DNA of 64,000 nucleotides. Source: Betaproteobacteria bacterium RIFCSPLOWO2_12_FULL_68_20 (lineage in GTDB: Bacteria; Pseudomonadota; Gammaproteobacteria; Burkholderiales; SG8-39). Below are positions 52,703 to 63,438 of this stretch, in pieces (the first letter of the stretch is position 1; every line of letters begins with the position of its first letter). The position numbers and the translations under genes were made by a program. A model generated the notes under the pieces. The model saw only the letters and a program-made list of their open reading frames with translations. It made no database searches and was not told the origin of the DNA. The DNA lies in assembly GCA_001770655.1 (NCBI GenBank), contig MERQ01000068.1, forward strand, positions 17,621 through 81,620, read 5' to 3'.

Positions 52703-52801
52703 TGTCGCCGCCCGGCGACGCAACCGGCGCGGCGGCCGCGCGCGAACTTAGCCGCAATTCCTTGATCTGAGACATCAACCGCCGCTGGCACGACGCTTGC
52801 A
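52703..52801 (+). promoter_or_regulatory. sigma54 promoter with candidate IHF site and UAS
   Basis: TGGCAC-GACGC-TTGCA (52786-52801; GG-N10-GC); minus-strand GATCAAGGAATTG near 52755-52767; palindrome TGTCGCC-N4-GGCGACG at 52703-52720. Confidence 0.72.
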
Positions 52802-52871
52802 GCGCATCCACACGCGGGTCCTTTCGGGGCCCGTGCTGCTTTCCGATACGTAGCAAGAAAGGAGAAAGCCA

Positions 52872-53357
52872 ATGAAACTGCGTCATCTCGCCTGCGCCGT
52901 TGCCGCCGCGTTCCTGTCGGCCGGACTCGCCTCCGCGCAGCAACCCGCACCAGCCACCGAATCGTCCAAGTCCGTGCCGCCGAAATTCGCCGCGATGGAC
53001 AAGAATGCCGATGGCTACCTGTCGAAGGACGAGGTCGGCGGCGACTACGCGAAGGCGTTCGCCGAGGCGGACGACAACCGCGACGGAAAGCTCGACCCGG
53101 ACGAGTTCGTCAAGGCCGAGGCGATCCAGGAGCGTCTGCGCGTCGGTTCCTACGTCGACGACAGCCTGATCACCACCAAGGTGAAGACGGCACTGATCAA
53201 GGAGCTCAAGTCAATCGACGTCGGAGTCGAGACCTACAAGGGTACCGTGCTGCTGTCGGGCTTCGTGCGCGACGACGCGACGCGCCAGCGCGCGCTCGAA
53301 GTCGCCAAGTCGGTGTCAGGAGTGACCGCGGTCAAGGACGGCATGGCGGTGCGCTAG
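52872..53357 (+). CDS. Secreted protein with two EF-hands and a BON domain
   Basis: Signal peptide; [12 protein letters not shown] and [12 protein letters not shown] loops; [11 protein letters not shown] and [17 protein letters not shown] motifs; SD AAAGGAG. Confidence 0.9.
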   Translation: MKLRHLACAVAAAFLSAGLASAQQPAPATESSKSVPPKFAAMDKNADGYLSKDEVGGDYAKAFAEADDNRDGKLDPDEFVKAEAIQERLRVGSYVDDSLITTKVKTALIKELKSIDVGVETYKGTVLLSGFVRDDATRQRALEVAKSVSGVTAVKDGMAVR

Positions 53358-54283
53358 GCGACGCCCGCCCGCTCGGCCTGCCGGTCGGCGTGGTAGGAGG
53401 AGCGCACCAGCGGCCCGATCGCCGCGTGCCTGAATCCGAGCGCAGCCGCTTCGCGCTCGAACACCGCGAATGCGTCCGGGTGCACGTAGCGCTCAACCGG
53501 CAGGTGGTGGGGCGATGGCTGCAGGTACTGGCCGATGGTGAGCAGATCCACCTCGTGCGCGCGCAGGTCGCGCATCACAGCGAGGATCTCCTCGTCGGTC
53601 TCTCCCAGCCCGACCATCAGCCCCGACTTGGTGGGGATTTCCGGGTGCGCCTGCTTGAAGCGCTGTAATAGCGCGAGCGAGTGCGCGTAGTCGCCGCCCG
53701 GGCGCGCCCTGCGGTAAAGGCGCGGCACCGTCTCCAGATTGTGGTTCATCACGTCGGGCGGCGCAGCCGCGAGGATCTCCAGCGCCCGCTCCACGCGGCC
53801 GCGGAAATCCGGCACCAGCACCTCGATCGTGGTGCGCGGCGAGCGGCTGCGGATCGCGCGGATGCAGTCGGCGAAATGCCGCGCGCCGCCGTCCCTCAGG
53901 TCGTCGCGGTCGACGCTCGTCACGACCACGTAGGAAAGCTCGAGCCTCGCGACCGCCTCGGCCAGGTGCCGCGGCTCCTCCGCGTCCGGCGCAAGCGGCC
54001 GGCCGTGCGCCACGTCGCAGAACGGGCAGCGGCGCGTGCAGATGTCGCCCAGGATCATGAAGGTCGCCGTGCCCCTGCCGAAGCACTCGGCGATGTTCGG
54101 GCACGAGGCCTCCTCACAGACCGTGTGCAGCTCCTGCTTGCGCAGGATCTGCTTGATCTCGTGAAAGCGCGAGCCCAGGCCCGGCGCGCGCACGCGGATC
54201 CAGGCGGGCTTGGCGAGCGGCGCGCGCGGCACGATGCGGATCGTCTTTGCCGCGCCTTTCTGCTTGACGCCCGCTTCACGCAT
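53354..54283 (-). CDS. lipA: Lipoyl synthase
   Basis: [20 protein letters not shown] and RSSYHA motifs. Confidence 0.97.
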   Translation of the reverse strand: MREAGVKQKGAAKTIRIVPRAPLAKPAWIRVRAPGLGSRFHEIKQILRKQELHTVCEEASCPNIAECFGRGTATFMILGDICTRRCPFCDVAHGRPLAPDAEEPRHLAEAVARLELSYVVVTSVDRDDLRDGGARHFADCIRAIRSRSPRTTIEVLVPDFRGRVERALEILAAAPPDVMNHNLETVPRLYRRARPGGDYAHSLALLQRFKQAHPEIPTKSGLMVGLGETDEEILAVMRDLRAHEVDLLTIGQYLQPSPHHLPVERYVHPDAFAVFEREAAALGFRHAAIGPLVRSSYHADRQAERAGVA

Positions 54284-54896
54284 GGTCGAGCTTTTCCGCC
54301 AGGATCTCCGCCAGCCGCGCGCCCAGGACCTCCCGGCTTCCCTCGATGCCGAGATCGCGCGTCTGCGTGACCGCGAGCCCGGGAGTGCCGCAGGGGTCGA
54401 TCGCCGCGAATGGCGCGAGATCCATGTCCACGTTCAAGGCGAGGCCGTGGTAGGCCCTGCCTCTTGTGACGCGGATCCCGAGCGCCGCGACCTTGGCGCC
54501 GTCGACATAGATGCCCGGCGCGCGGGGGATGCGCTCGCCGCGCCCGCCGAGGAGATCGATCACCGACTGCTCGAGCATGCGCACGAACTGCCCGACCTTG
54601 ATGCTGCGCCGCGCGAGATCGACGAGCGTGTAGACGACCGCCTGGCCCGGGCCGTGATAAGTGATCTCGCCGCCGCGCTCGACCCGCACCACCGGGATGC
54701 CGTTGGCCAGCCGCGGCCCGTGCGCGGGGTCCGCGCCCTGGCCGAGCGTGTACACCGGCGGATGCTCGAGCACCCACAGCTCGTCCGCTGTCGTCGCGTC
54801 GCGCCGTGCGGTGAAGGCGCGCATCTCTTCCACGGTGCCGGCATATTCGGCGCGCCCGAGCGTCCTGATGCGGATGCGATCGAGGACGGTCGCCAT
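54276..54896 (-). CDS. lipB: Octanoyltransferase LipB
   Basis: [28 protein letters not shown] and PCG motifs. Confidence 0.95.
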   Translation of the reverse strand: MATVLDRIRIRTLGRAEYAGTVEEMRAFTARRDATTADELWVLEHPPVYTLGQGADPAHGPRLANGIPVVRVERGGEITYHGPGQAVVYTLVDLARRSIKVGQFVRMLEQSVIDLLGGRGERIPRAPGIYVDGAKVAALGIRVTRGRAYHGLALNVDMDLAPFAAIDPCGTPGLAVTQTRDLGIEGSREVLGARLAEILAEKLDHA

Positions 54897-55168
54897 CAGA
54901 GCACCATGACCACCGAAGGATGGTCGCACAGCTCCTGGTAGAGCGCGTCGAGCTGCTCGCGCGAGGTGGCGCGCACCATGCAAGTGACGCTCAGGTAGCG
55001 GCCCTGCCGGCTCGGGCGCATCTGGATCGTCGCCGGATCGAAATCGGGCGCGTGCCTGAGCACGATCTCCATCACGGTCTGCGCAAAGCGCGGTTCCTTG
55101 CGTCCCATCACCTTGATCGGGAAATCGCACGGATAGGCGAGCAGCGAGGCCTGGCCCGATACCGCCAC
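54896..55168 (-). CDS. ybeD: YbeD / DUF493 family protein
   Basis: YPCDFPIKVMG, S..GRYLSVT and QLDALY..L motifs. Confidence 0.92.
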   Translation of the reverse strand: MAVSGQASLLAYPCDFPIKVMGRKEPRFAQTVMEIVLRHAPDFDPATIQMRPSRQGRYLSVTCMVRATSREQLDALYQELCDHPSVVMVL

Positions 55169-55178
55169 GGCGCACCCG

Positions 55179-56051
55179 CTAGGCCGAGACTGCCTCGCGC
55201 TTGCCGGCGCGCATTACGTTGTGCTTGAAGTCCTGGTAGAGCCGGTACATGCGCCGGAACACGGGCCCGGGCCGCCCGTCGCCTATGCGCCGGCCGTCGA
55301 GCTCGACGATCGCGAGCACTTCCTTCGACGAGGAGGTGACCCACATCTCGTCGGCGCCGCGCGCCTCGGCCTCGCTGATGTCCCTGAACTCCAGCGCAAT
55401 GCCGTCGGCGCGCGCGAGCTCCGCCACCACGTCGTAAGTGATCCCCGGCAGGATGAGACGCGACTTGGGCGGCGACAAGATCACGCCGCGTTCGACGATG
55501 AAGACGTTCGAGGCCGAGGCCTCGGTGAGCCTGCCATCGCGGAACAGGATCGTTTCTGCGCACCCTGCATCGGCCGAGAGCTGGCGCAGCAGCACGTTGC
55601 CGAGGAGGGACACCGACTTGATGTCGCAGCGCAGCCAGCGGTAGTCCTGCGCGCTCAGCGCCGCGGCCCCGTTCTCGACCTGCTCGCGCGGCGGATTGAC
55701 GAGCGGATTGGACATCATGAACACGGTGGGCTCGGCGTCCTTCGGAAACGCGTGGTCGCGCTTGGCGACCCCGCGCGTCACCTGGAAATACACGCCCTGG
55801 TCCTCGAACGGCTGCCCGTCCGCGAGCCCTTGAACGTGGCGGCGCCATTGCTCGCGCGAGTAAGGATTGCGGATTTGCGTGGCGGCGAGACTGCGCTCGA
55901 GCCGCGCCAGGTGCTCATCGAGCCGGAACGGCACGCGCGAATACACCGGCACCAGCTCGTAGACGCCGTCGCCGAAGATGAAGCCCCGGTCGAGCACCGG
56001 GATCTTCGCCTCCTCGAGCGGCAGGAATTTCCCGTTCAGGAAAACCGTCAT
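55179..56051 (-). CDS. D-amino acid aminotransferase (class IV)
   Basis: DRGFIFGDGVYE, RCDIKS and ILPGIT motifs. Confidence 0.9.
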   Translation of the reverse strand: MTVFLNGKFLPLEEAKIPVLDRGFIFGDGVYELVPVYSRVPFRLDEHLARLERSLAATQIRNPYSREQWRRHVQGLADGQPFEDQGVYFQVTRGVAKRDHAFPKDAEPTVFMMSNPLVNPPREQVENGAAALSAQDYRWLRCDIKSVSLLGNVLLRQLSADAGCAETILFRDGRLTEASASNVFIVERGVILSPPKSRLILPGITYDVVAELARADGIALEFRDISEAEARGADEMWVTSSSKEVLAIVELDGRRIGDGRPGPVFRRMYRLYQDFKHNVMRAGKREAVSA

Positions 56052-56058
56052 GTCGCCT

Positions 56059-57180
56059 TCACTTGATCCACAGTCGCAGTGTATCCCACGCTCGGCCGAA
56101 AATCCCCGCCGCGCCCACCGGCTCGAGAGCGACGAGTGGGAATTCGCCGAGCGCTTTTCCGTCGTGCGTGACGCGAAGCAGCGCCACCGACTGGCCTTTC
56201 GACACCGGCGCGACGAGCGGCTGCTGCGACACCAGCTCGGCCTTCAGCCGCTCGGCCTCGCCTTTCGGGACGGTGACCACCAGGTCGCTCTTCAGGCCCG
56301 CTTTCACCTCGGCCGCGGCGCCTTTCCACACCTGCAGCGCCTTCACCTGCTCGCCACCCTTGTAGAGCTTCACGGCGTCGAAAAACTGAAAGCCCCAGTT
56401 GAGGAGCTTGAGCGACTCCTGCGCGCGCGCGGTCTCCGAGGTCGAGCCGAGCAGCACCGAGAGCAGCCGCCTTTCGCCGCGCCGCGACGAGGCGATCAGG
56501 CTGAACCCGGACGCCTCGGTGTGACCGGTCTTCACGCCGTCCACGCTCGGGTCGAGCCACAGCAGGCGGTTGCGGTTGACCTGCGTGATGTTGTTGTAGC
56601 GGAACTCCCTTTGCGAGTAGTACTGCGAGTACTGCTCCGGAAAGTCGCGGATCAGGGCGGCGGCGAGCGCATACAGATCGCGCGCGGTGCTGTAATGCTG
56701 CGGGTCGGGCAGTCCCGAGGCATTCATGAATTTCGTGTTCTTCATGCCGAGCCGGGCCGCCTCGCGGTTCATCATCTGCACGAACGCCTCCTCGCTTCCC
56801 GCCACCGCCTCGGCGAGCGCGATGCAGGCGTCGTTGCCGGACTGCACCACCATGCCGCGGATCAGCTCCTCCACGCTCACCGGCCGGCCCGGCTGGATGA
56901 ACGTGCGCGAACCCGGCGCCCGCCAGGCGCGCTCGGACACGTTCACCTGCTGTCCGAGCGAGAGCTTCTTGCCGCGCAGCGCCGAGTACACCAGGTACGC
57001 GGTCATCAGCTTGGTGAGCGAGGCTGGCTCGACGCGCTCGTCGGGCTTTTCGGCGGCGAGCGGCCGGCCGCTGGTGAGATCGCCGACACTCCACGACCGG
57101 GCGATCACCGCCGGCGGCTGCGGCGCCGCGGCCTGTGCCGCTGTGGCGAAAAGCGAGATGGCGAAGAGCAGACGACGCAT
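56059..57180 (-). CDS. D-alanyl-D-alanine carboxypeptidase (PBP5/6)
   Basis: PASLTKLMT, SGNDA and DGVKTGHT motifs. Confidence 0.94.
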   Translation of the reverse strand: MRRLLFAISLFATAAQAAAPQPPAVIARSWSVGDLTSGRPLAAEKPDERVEPASLTKLMTAYLVYSALRGKKLSLGQQVNVSERAWRAPGSRTFIQPGRPVSVEELIRGMVVQSGNDACIALAEAVAGSEEAFVQMMNREAARLGMKNTKFMNASGLPDPQHYSTARDLYALAAALIRDFPEQYSQYYSQREFRYNNITQVNRNRLLWLDPSVDGVKTGHTEASGFSLIASSRRGERRLLSVLLGSTSETARAQESLKLLNWGFQFFDAVKLYKGGEQVKALQVWKGAAAEVKAGLKSDLVVTVPKGEAERLKAELVSQQPLVAPVSKGQSVALLRVTHDGKALGEFPLVALEPVGAAGIFGRAWDTLRLWIK

Positions 57181-57218
57181 GGGGCGTAACCGAAAAAGCG
57201 GCAATTCTAAATGCGCCC

Positions 57219-58061
57219 TCAGCGGACCAGCAGCAGCGGCTTGAGGTTCAATTCGGTTTCGATACGCTCGGCGACCGAGCGCGCGTCTTCGCTGGTGCGG
57301 TAAGGGCCGAGCTGCAGCCGCCACAGGCTCCCGCCCGCGAACACGTATAGCGCTTCCTTCAGCCAGGCGAGCTCGCGCGCCAGGCGCGCGCGCAGCGACT
57401 CGGCGCCCTCGCGCGCGCCGAACGCGCCGAGCTGCAGGAAGATGCCGCGCGGCTCGGCGGCCGGCGCAGCGGGAGCGGCGGCGAGCACCGCCTCGCCGGG
57501 AACTATGCTCTCCACCTCGACCAACGCGCTGCCGGCCCCGGCGAAGCCGAGCTTCGCCGCCGCGGCGTAGGACAGGTCGATGATGCGGTCGGCGTGGAAC
57601 GGTCCGCGGTCGTTGACGCGCACCACGATGCTCCTGCCGTTGCCGAGATTGGTGACGCGCGCGTAGCTCGGGATCGGCAGCGTCGGGTGCGCGGCGCTCA
57701 TCGCATACATGTCGTAGCGCTCGCCGGTCGAGGTTCTGTTGCCGTGGAAGCGCCTGCCGTACCAGCTTGCGGTGCCGCGCTGGCGATACGGCTGCAACGA
57801 GGCGAGCGGCACATACTCGCGTCCGAACACCTGGTAGGGACGGTTCGCGAAGCGGTGCAGCGGCTCGGCTTTCGGCTCGGCGTCGGGAACGGCGGCGAGC
57901 TCGGCGGCGCTGCGCTCGCCGGGGCCGTCGTCCTTGTAATAGGCCCCGCGTCGGGTGTCCGGCGGCGGGGGGGCGGGCTGCTGCACGGGCTCGGCTTGCT
58001 CGGGCTCGGGCAGCGAGGCACACCCGGCGAGAAGCAGCAAGATCGGCAGCGCCGCTCTCAC
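57219..58061 (-). CDS. rlpA: Septal ring lytic transglycosylase RlpA lipoprotein
   Basis: Lipobox LAGC; ASWYG, AAHPTLP and RVNDRGPF motifs; C-terminal SPOR domain. Confidence 0.93.
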   Translation of the reverse strand: MRAALPILLLLAGCASLPEPEQAEPVQQPAPPPPDTRRGAYYKDDGPGERSAAELAAVPDAEPKAEPLHRFANRPYQVFGREYVPLASLQPYRQRGTASWYGRRFHGNRTSTGERYDMYAMSAAHPTLPIPSYARVTNLGNGRSIVVRVNDRGPFHADRIIDLSYAAAAKLGFAGAGSALVEVESIVPGEAVLAAAPAAPAAEPRGIFLQLGAFGAREGAESLRARLARELAWLKEALYVFAGGSLWRLQLGPYRTSEDARSVAERIETELNLKPLLLVR

Positions 58062-59320
58062 GCCTCGTACACCACGTTTCCGGCGACGATCGTGTAGCGC
58101 ACGCGGCCGGCGAGCTCGTAGCCGAGGAACGGCGTGTTCTTGCCCTGGCTCTTGAGCGACGCGGCGGTCAGGCGCTGCGCCGCGCCCGGGTCGAACACAG
58201 TGACGTCGGCGGGCGCTCCGACCGCGAGCCGGCCCGAAGCGACGCAGAGGATGCGCGCAGGCTCCGAGGTGATGCGCGCGAGCGTCGCGGCGAGCGCAAG
58301 CCCCGACGCTTCGCCCCACTTCAGCGCGAGCGGCAGCAGCAGCTCCAGCCCGGTCGCTCCGGGCTCGGCCTCGGCGAACGGCAGGTTCTTGCCGTCCTCG
58401 TCCACCGGAGTGTGATCGGAGCACAGGCAGTCGGCGGTCCCGTCGACGAGCGCGCGAGCGAGCGCGTCGCGGTCCCGGGCGCTTCGCAGCGGCGGCTCGA
58501 GCCGGCAGTGCGAGTCGAAGTAGCCGATATCCAAGTCGCACAGGTGCACGTGGTGGATGCCGACGTCACAGGTCACCGGCAGGCCCGCCTGCTTTGCGCG
58601 CCGCATCAGCTCGACTCCTGCTGCGCTCGACAGGCGGCAGACGTGCACACGCGCGCCGGTGGCGCGCACCAGCTCCAGGATCGTGCCGAGCGCGATCGTC
58701 TCCGCGAAGGCCGGGATGCCCGGCAGCCCGAGGCGCGTGGCGATCTCCCCGTCGTGCGCGACCCCGCCTTTCGCGAGCCACAGGTCCTCCGCGCGCAGCC
58801 ACACCGGCAGCCGGAAGGTCGCGGCGTATTGCAGGGCGCGCCACAGCACCTGCGTGTCGCCGAGCGGCGCATTCGCCTGCGAGAACGCGACGCAGCCCGA
58901 TTCGGCGAGCTCGGCCATCTCGGTGAGCGCCTCGCCCTTGAGCTTCACCGTGAGCGCGCCGACCGGGTAGAGGCGCGCGCGCGTCAATGCCTTGGCGCGC
59001 CGGCGCAGCATGTCGACCAGGCCCGGCTCGTCGAGCGGAGGGTCGGTGTCGGGCGGGCAGGCGAGGCTCGTCACCCCGCCCGCGACCGCCGCGTCCATCT
59101 CCGATTCCAGCGTCGCCTTGTATTCGTAGCCCGGCTCGCGCAGCCGCGCCGAGAGATCGATGAAGCCGGGCGCGACCACCAGGCCCTTCGCCTCGATCAC
59201 CCGGTCGGCCCTGCCTGCGGGTGCTTCGGCGATCCTTCCGTCGGCGAGGTACAGATCGCCGACCGCGTCGCGCCCGCTCGCCGGATCCACCACCCTGCCG
59301 CCCCTGATGTGCAGCTTCAT
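58058..59320 (-). CDS. Dihydroorotase-like protein (probably inactive PyrC')
   Basis: PGFIDLSARLREPG lacks the metal-binding HxH; coupled to pyrB. Confidence 0.9.
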   Translation of the reverse strand: MKLHIRGGRVVDPASGRDAVGDLYLADGRIAEAPAGRADRVIEAKGLVVAPGFIDLSARLREPGYEYKATLESEMDAAVAGGVTSLACPPDTDPPLDEPGLVDMLRRRAKALTRARLYPVGALTVKLKGEALTEMAELAESGCVAFSQANAPLGDTQVLWRALQYAATFRLPVWLRAEDLWLAKGGVAHDGEIATRLGLPGIPAFAETIALGTILELVRATGARVHVCRLSSAAGVELMRRAKQAGLPVTCDVGIHHVHLCDLDIGYFDSHCRLEPPLRSARDRDALARALVDGTADCLCSDHTPVDEDGKNLPFAEAEPGATGLELLLPLALKWGEASGLALAATLARITSEPARILCVASGRLAVGAPADVTVFDPGAAQRLTAASLKSQGKNTPFLGYELAGRVRYTIVAGNVVYEA

Positions 59321-60270
59321 CAGTTGCCGGCGATCATCGACATCACCGCCATCCTCACCGCGATGCCGAAGGTGACCTGCGGCAGGATCACCGAGTGCGG
59401 CCCGTCGGCGACCGTCGAATCGATCTCGACGCCGCGGTTCATGGGCCCCGGGTGCATCACGATCGCGTCGGGCCTGGCGAGCGCGAGCTTCTCGGCCGTG
59501 AGGCCGTAATGCTTGAAGAACTCCTGCGCCGAGGGCAGCAGCGGCCCGCCCATCCGCTCGTTCTGCAGCCTCAGCATCACCACCACGTCGCAGTCCTTCA
59601 GGCCCGCACGCATGTCGTGAAACACGCGCACGCCGAGCGACTCGACCCCCGCCGGCATCAGCGTCTGCGGTCCGATCACGCGCACCTCGGGCGCGCCGAG
59701 CGTGGTAAGGCCGTGGATGAGCGAGCGCGCGACGCGCGAATGCAGCACGTCGCCGACGATCGCCGCCGTGAGCCGCGAGAAGTCCTTCCGGTAATGGCGG
59801 ATGGTGAACAGATCTAGCAGCCCCTGCGTCGGATGCGCGTGCCGGCCGTCTCCCGCGTTGATCACGTGCTCGTGGGGCTTCACGTGGCGCGCGATCAGGT
59901 ACGGGGCGCCCGAGGAGCCGTGGCGCACGACGAAGATGTCGGCGTGCATCGCCGACAGGTTGGCCACGGTGTCGAGGAGCGACTCGCCCTTGGTCTGCGA
60001 GGACAGCGCGATGTTGAGGTTGATCACGTCGGCCGAGAGGCGCTTGGCGGCGATCTCGAAGGTGGTGCGGGTGCGGGTGGAGGGCTCGAAGAACAGGTTG
60101 AACACGCTTTTGCCGCGCAGCAGCGGCACCGTCTTCACCTCGCGCTCGGTGACGCCGGCGAACGACTCTGCGGTGTCGAGGATCCGCGTGAGCACCTCGC
60201 GCGGCAGCCCTTCAATCGACAGCAGGTGCTGCAGCTCCCCGTTCGCGTTGAGTTGCGGATTACGCTGCAC
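59320..60270 (-). CDS. pyrB: Aspartate carbamoyltransferase catalytic subunit
   Basis: [23 protein letters not shown] and HPGPMNRG motifs. Confidence 0.97.
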   Translation of the reverse strand: MQRNPQLNANGELQHLLSIEGLPREVLTRILDTAESFAGVTEREVKTVPLLRGKSVFNLFFEPSTRTRTTFEIAAKRLSADVINLNIALSSQTKGESLLDTVANLSAMHADIFVVRHGSSGAPYLIARHVKPHEHVINAGDGRHAHPTQGLLDLFTIRHYRKDFSRLTAAIVGDVLHSRVARSLIHGLTTLGAPEVRVIGPQTLMPAGVESLGVRVFHDMRAGLKDCDVVVMLRLQNERMGGPLLPSAQEFFKHYGLTAEKLALARPDAIVMHPGPMNRGVEIDSTVADGPHSVILPQVTFGIAVRMAVMSMIAGN

Positions 60271-60766
60271 GTTCGGCCTCGAGTGCGAGGGCGAGCTTGC
60301 CGTCGACGCCGCGCTTGAGGCGCAGGCGCATGCCCGCGGGCACTTCGACCTGCGCGCCGCAATGCTGAGCGCAGATCGGCAGCTGCCTGCCGCCGCGATC
60401 GGCGAGCACCACCAGCGCGATCGAGGCCGGCCGGCCGTAGTCGAACAGCTCGTTCATCGCCGCGCGCACGGTGCGGCCGGTGTAGAGAACGTCGTCCACC
60501 AGCAGCAGCTCGCGGCCGCTGATGTCGAACGGTATCCTGGTGCGCTTGGGGTCGTGCTTGAGGCCCTGCGCGTGGTAGTCGTCGCGATAGAAGGCGATGT
60601 CCATGAACCCCAGCGGAGCCGCGAGCGCGAGCATCGCGTGCAGCCGTTCGGCGAGCCAGGCTCCGCCGGTATGAATCCCGACCATCGCTGCGTTCGGGCC
60701 GACGCGCGGCTTCAGCTCGGCGGCGAGCTTCGCGCAGAGCTTTTCGGCGTCAGGAAGAGCGCTCAT
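60260..60766 (-). CDS. pyrR: PyrR / uracil phosphoribosyltransferase
   Basis: [23 protein letters not shown] and DRGGRQLPI motifs. Confidence 0.93.
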   Translation of the reverse strand: MSALPDAEKLCAKLAAELKPRVGPNAAMVGIHTGGAWLAERLHAMLALAAPLGFMDIAFYRDDYHAQGLKHDPKRTRIPFDISGRELLLVDDVLYTGRTVRAAMNELFDYGRPASIALVVLADRGGRQLPICAQHCGAQVEVPAGMRLRLKRGVDGKLALALEAERAA

Positions 60767-61166
60767 CGAAATGCTGCTCGAGGATCAGCTGCGCCGCGAC
60801 CGAGTCGATCGCGGCCTTGCTTGCGCGCCGGCCGCGCAGGCGGCTTTGCGCCTCCAGCGAGCTGTAGCGCTCGTCCACGCAAGCGACCGGCAGGCGGAAG
60901 CGCCCTGCGAGCTGGCGCGCGAACCGCGCGGCGCGGCGCGTCATCGCGTGCGCCGCGCCGTCTGCCCCGAGCGGCAGCCCGACCACCAGCTGCGCCGGCC
61001 GCCATTCGGAGACGAGCCTGGCGATCGCCCCGAAGCGCGCCTCGCCGGAGGCGGCGATCGCGGCAAGCGGATGGGCGGTGCCGAGCTCCGCTTCGCCCAC
61101 CGCGACGCCAATGCGTTTTAGACCGAAATCGAAGGCGAGGACGGTGCCGATCGCCCGCTCAGGCAT
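60750..61166 (-). CDS. ruvX: YqgF/RuvX nuclease
   Basis: [27 protein letters not shown] and [10 protein letters not shown] motifs. Confidence 0.94.
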   Translation of the reverse strand: MPERAIGTVLAFDFGLKRIGVAVGEAELGTAHPLAAIAASGEARFGAIARLVSEWRPAQLVVGLPLGADGAAHAMTRRAARFARQLAGRFRLPVACVDERYSSLEAQSRLRGRRASKAAIDSVAAQLILEQHFDERSS

Positions 61167-61719
61167 GTCCCGCGCTGTCCTGCAGCCGCGCAAAATCGAC
61201 GCCGAGCAGCTCCATCGCCGCCGGCAACCGCTCCTCGGACGGGGTGTCGAAGATGATCGCGTCGCGCGCCTCGACCGTGAGCCAGGCATTCTGCGACAGC
61301 TCGTGCTCGAGCTGCCCCGGCGACCAGCCGGCGTAGCCGAGCGTGACCAGCATCCTTCTCGGCCCCTCGCCGCGTCCGACGGCCTCCAGGATGTCCTTCG
61401 AGGTGGTGAGCCCGATCAGATCGCGCACCCGCAGCGTGGACTGCCAGTTTCCGGCCGGCTCGTGCAGCACGAATCCGCGGTCGGTCTGCACCGGGCCGCC
61501 GAAGTAGATCGGCGCGTCGCGCATGTCGCGGTCCCCGAGCGTGAGCGACAGGCGCTCGAACAGCGCCTGCAGCGTCATGTCGATCGGGCGGTTGACGACC
61601 AGGCCGAGCGCGCCCTGGTCGTTATGCTCGCAGATGTAGGTGAGCGACTTCGCGAAATACGGATCGGCCATGTTCGGCATGGCGATCAGGAAGTGATTCG
61701 TCAGATTGATCGAGGACAT
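61159..61719 (-). CDS. yqgE: YqgE/AlgH family protein
   Basis: [20 protein letters not shown] and [11 protein letters not shown] motifs. Confidence 0.94.
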   Translation of the reverse strand: MSSINLTNHFLIAMPNMADPYFAKSLTYICEHNDQGALGLVVNRPIDMTLQALFERLSLTLGDRDMRDAPIYFGGPVQTDRGFVLHEPAGNWQSTLRVRDLIGLTTSKDILEAVGRGEGPRRMLVTLGYAGWSPGQLEHELSQNAWLTVEARDAIIFDTPSEERLPAAMELLGVDFARLQDSAGHA

Positions 61720-61780
61720 GCTCGCGCCGGACATTTTACTGCATCGGGCTTTGAACCTCGCGCTTGCCGAAAGTTGCCCC

Positions 61781-61966
61781 TCAGATCTCCACCATCTCAA
61801 AATCCTCCTTGCGGGCGCCGCACTCGGGGCAGGTCCAGTTCATCGGGATGTCTTCCCAGCGCGTGCCCGGCGCGATGCCCTCGTCGGGCAGCCCCGCCGC
61901 CTCGTCGTAGACGAAGCCGCAGATGAGGCACATCCACGTCCTGTATTGCACCTGATTTTCGGTCAT
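61781..61966 (-). CDS. Rubredoxin
   Basis: [10 protein letters not shown]...GIAPGT.WEDIP..WTCPECG motif. Confidence 0.96.
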   Translation of the reverse strand: MTENQVQYRTWMCLICGFVYDEAAGLPDEGIAPGTRWEDIPMNWTCPECGARKEDFEMVEI

Positions 61967-62002
61967 GCCGAGGGACCAGTAAAATGGCCCGGAGTGTAGC
62001 GC

Positions 62003-62818
62003 ATGGCCTCCCCCCCTCCGTTCGTGCTCACCTTCGCCGCCTCCGATCCGACCGGCGGCGCAGGGCTGCAGGCGGATCTCCTGACGCTCGCCGGCATGGG
62101 ATGCCATCCGCTGTCGGTCGTCACCGCGCTCACGGTGCAGGACACGCACGGCGTCGAGGACCTGCTGCCGGTCCAGGCCGAATGGGTGAGCGAGCAGGCG
62201 CGGCACGTGCTCCAGGACATTTCCGTCGCCGCGTTCAAGCTCGGCGTGCTCGGCTCAGCGCCGAACGTCGCCGCGGTCGCCGAGATCCTTTCCGAGCATC
62301 CGCAGGCCCCGGTGATCCTCGACCCGGTGCTCGCCTCGGGGCGCGGCGATCCGCTCGCGAGCGCGCAGATAGTGGCGGCGCTGCGCGAGCTCATCGTGCC
62401 GCAGGCCACCGTCGTCACGCCGAACAGCCTCGAGGCGCGGCGCCTCGCCGCGATGGAAAACGACGACGAGCCGGATCTCGACGAATGCGCCCGGCGGCTG
62501 CTTGCGCTCGGCTGCGAATACGTGCTCGTCACCGGCGCGCATGAGGCGACAGACGAGGTGATCAATACGCTCTACGGCGCCCGCGGCGTGGTGCGCGAGG
62601 ACCGCTGGGAGCGGCTGCCCGGCGCCTACCACGGCTCGGGCTGCACGCTCTCGTCGGCGATCGCCGCCGCGCTCGCGAACGGGCGCGCGGTGCCGGAAGC
62701 GGTACGCGACGCCCAGGAGTACACCTGGCAGGCGCTCGCCGCCGGTTTTCGCGCGGGCGCAGGGCAACTGCTTCCCGACCGCTTCTTCTGGGCGCGCGAG
62801 CTGGAAAGCGAGCGATGA
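62003..62818 (+). CDS. thiD: Phosphomethylpyrimidine kinase
   Basis: [25 protein letters not shown] and [10 protein letters not shown] motifs. Confidence 0.9.
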   Translation: MASPPPFVLTFAASDPTGGAGLQADLLTLAGMGCHPLSVVTALTVQDTHGVEDLLPVQAEWVSEQARHVLQDISVAAFKLGVLGSAPNVAAVAEILSEHPQAPVILDPVLASGRGDPLASAQIVAALRELIVPQATVVTPNSLEARRLAAMENDDEPDLDECARRLLALGCEYVLVTGAHEATDEVINTLYGARGVVREDRWERLPGAYHGSGCTLSSAIAAALANGRAVPEAVRDAQEYTWQALAAGFRAGAGQLLPDRFFWARELESER

Positions 62819-63438
62819 GGCTGCGCGGGCTGTACGCGATCACGCCCGACAACGCGGACAGCGCGGCGCTGATCGAAAAGGCGCGGCAGGCGCTCGAAGG
62901 CGGAATCGCGCTGCTGCAATACAGGAACAAGCTCGCAGGGCCGGCGCAGCGGCTCGCCGAGGCCAAGGAACTCGCGCTGCTGGCGCGTCGCCATGGCGTC
63001 CCGTTCATCGTCAACGACGAAGTCGAGCTCGCGCTCGCCGCGGGCGCCGACGGCGCGCACCTGGGGAGCGACGACGGCGATCTCGCTGGAGCGCGCGCGC
63101 GGCTTGGCGCAAGGCTGCTGGGGGCTTCCTGCCACGCGAGCCTCGAGGTTGCGGGGGCGGCGGTGCGCGCGGGCGTCGATTACGTGGCGTTCGGCAGCGT
63201 GTACCCCTCCCCGACCAAGCCCGGCGCGGTGCGCGCGCCGCTCGCGCTGTTCGGCGAGGCGCGCGCGTTCGGCGTGCCGCTCGCCGCGATCGGCGGCATC
63301 ACGCTCGAGCGCGCGCCCGAGGTCCTGCGCGCGGGGGCCGACCTGCTCGCGGTGATCTCGGACCTGTTTGATGCAACCGACATCGCTGCCCGCGCGCGCG
63401 AGTACGACAGGCTTTTCTCTCATGCCGTCGCGCAGTGA
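62815..63438 (+). CDS. thiE: Thiamine-phosphate synthase
   Basis: [27 protein letters not shown] and AIGGI motifs. Confidence 0.94.
   Translation: MRLRGLYAITPDNADSAALIEKARQALEGGIALLQYRNKLAGPAQRLAEAKELALLARRHGVPFIVNDEVELALAAGADGAHLGSDDGDLAGARARLGARLLGASCHASLEVAGAAVRAGVDYVAFGSVYPSPTKPGAVRAPLALFGEARAFGVPLAAIGGITLERAPEVLRAGADLLAVISDLFDATDIAARAREYDRLFSHAVAQ

Noticed and set aside
52762-52778. TTGAT...ATCAA as an FNR box
   Set aside because: The spacer is 7 nt, not the 4 nt FNR requires; it is better explained in part as an IHF-like site.
58058-59320. Dihydroorotase lacking metal-binding histidines as a pseudogene
   Set aside because: It matches the known inactive PyrC' structural subunit paired with PyrB, and the ORF is intact.
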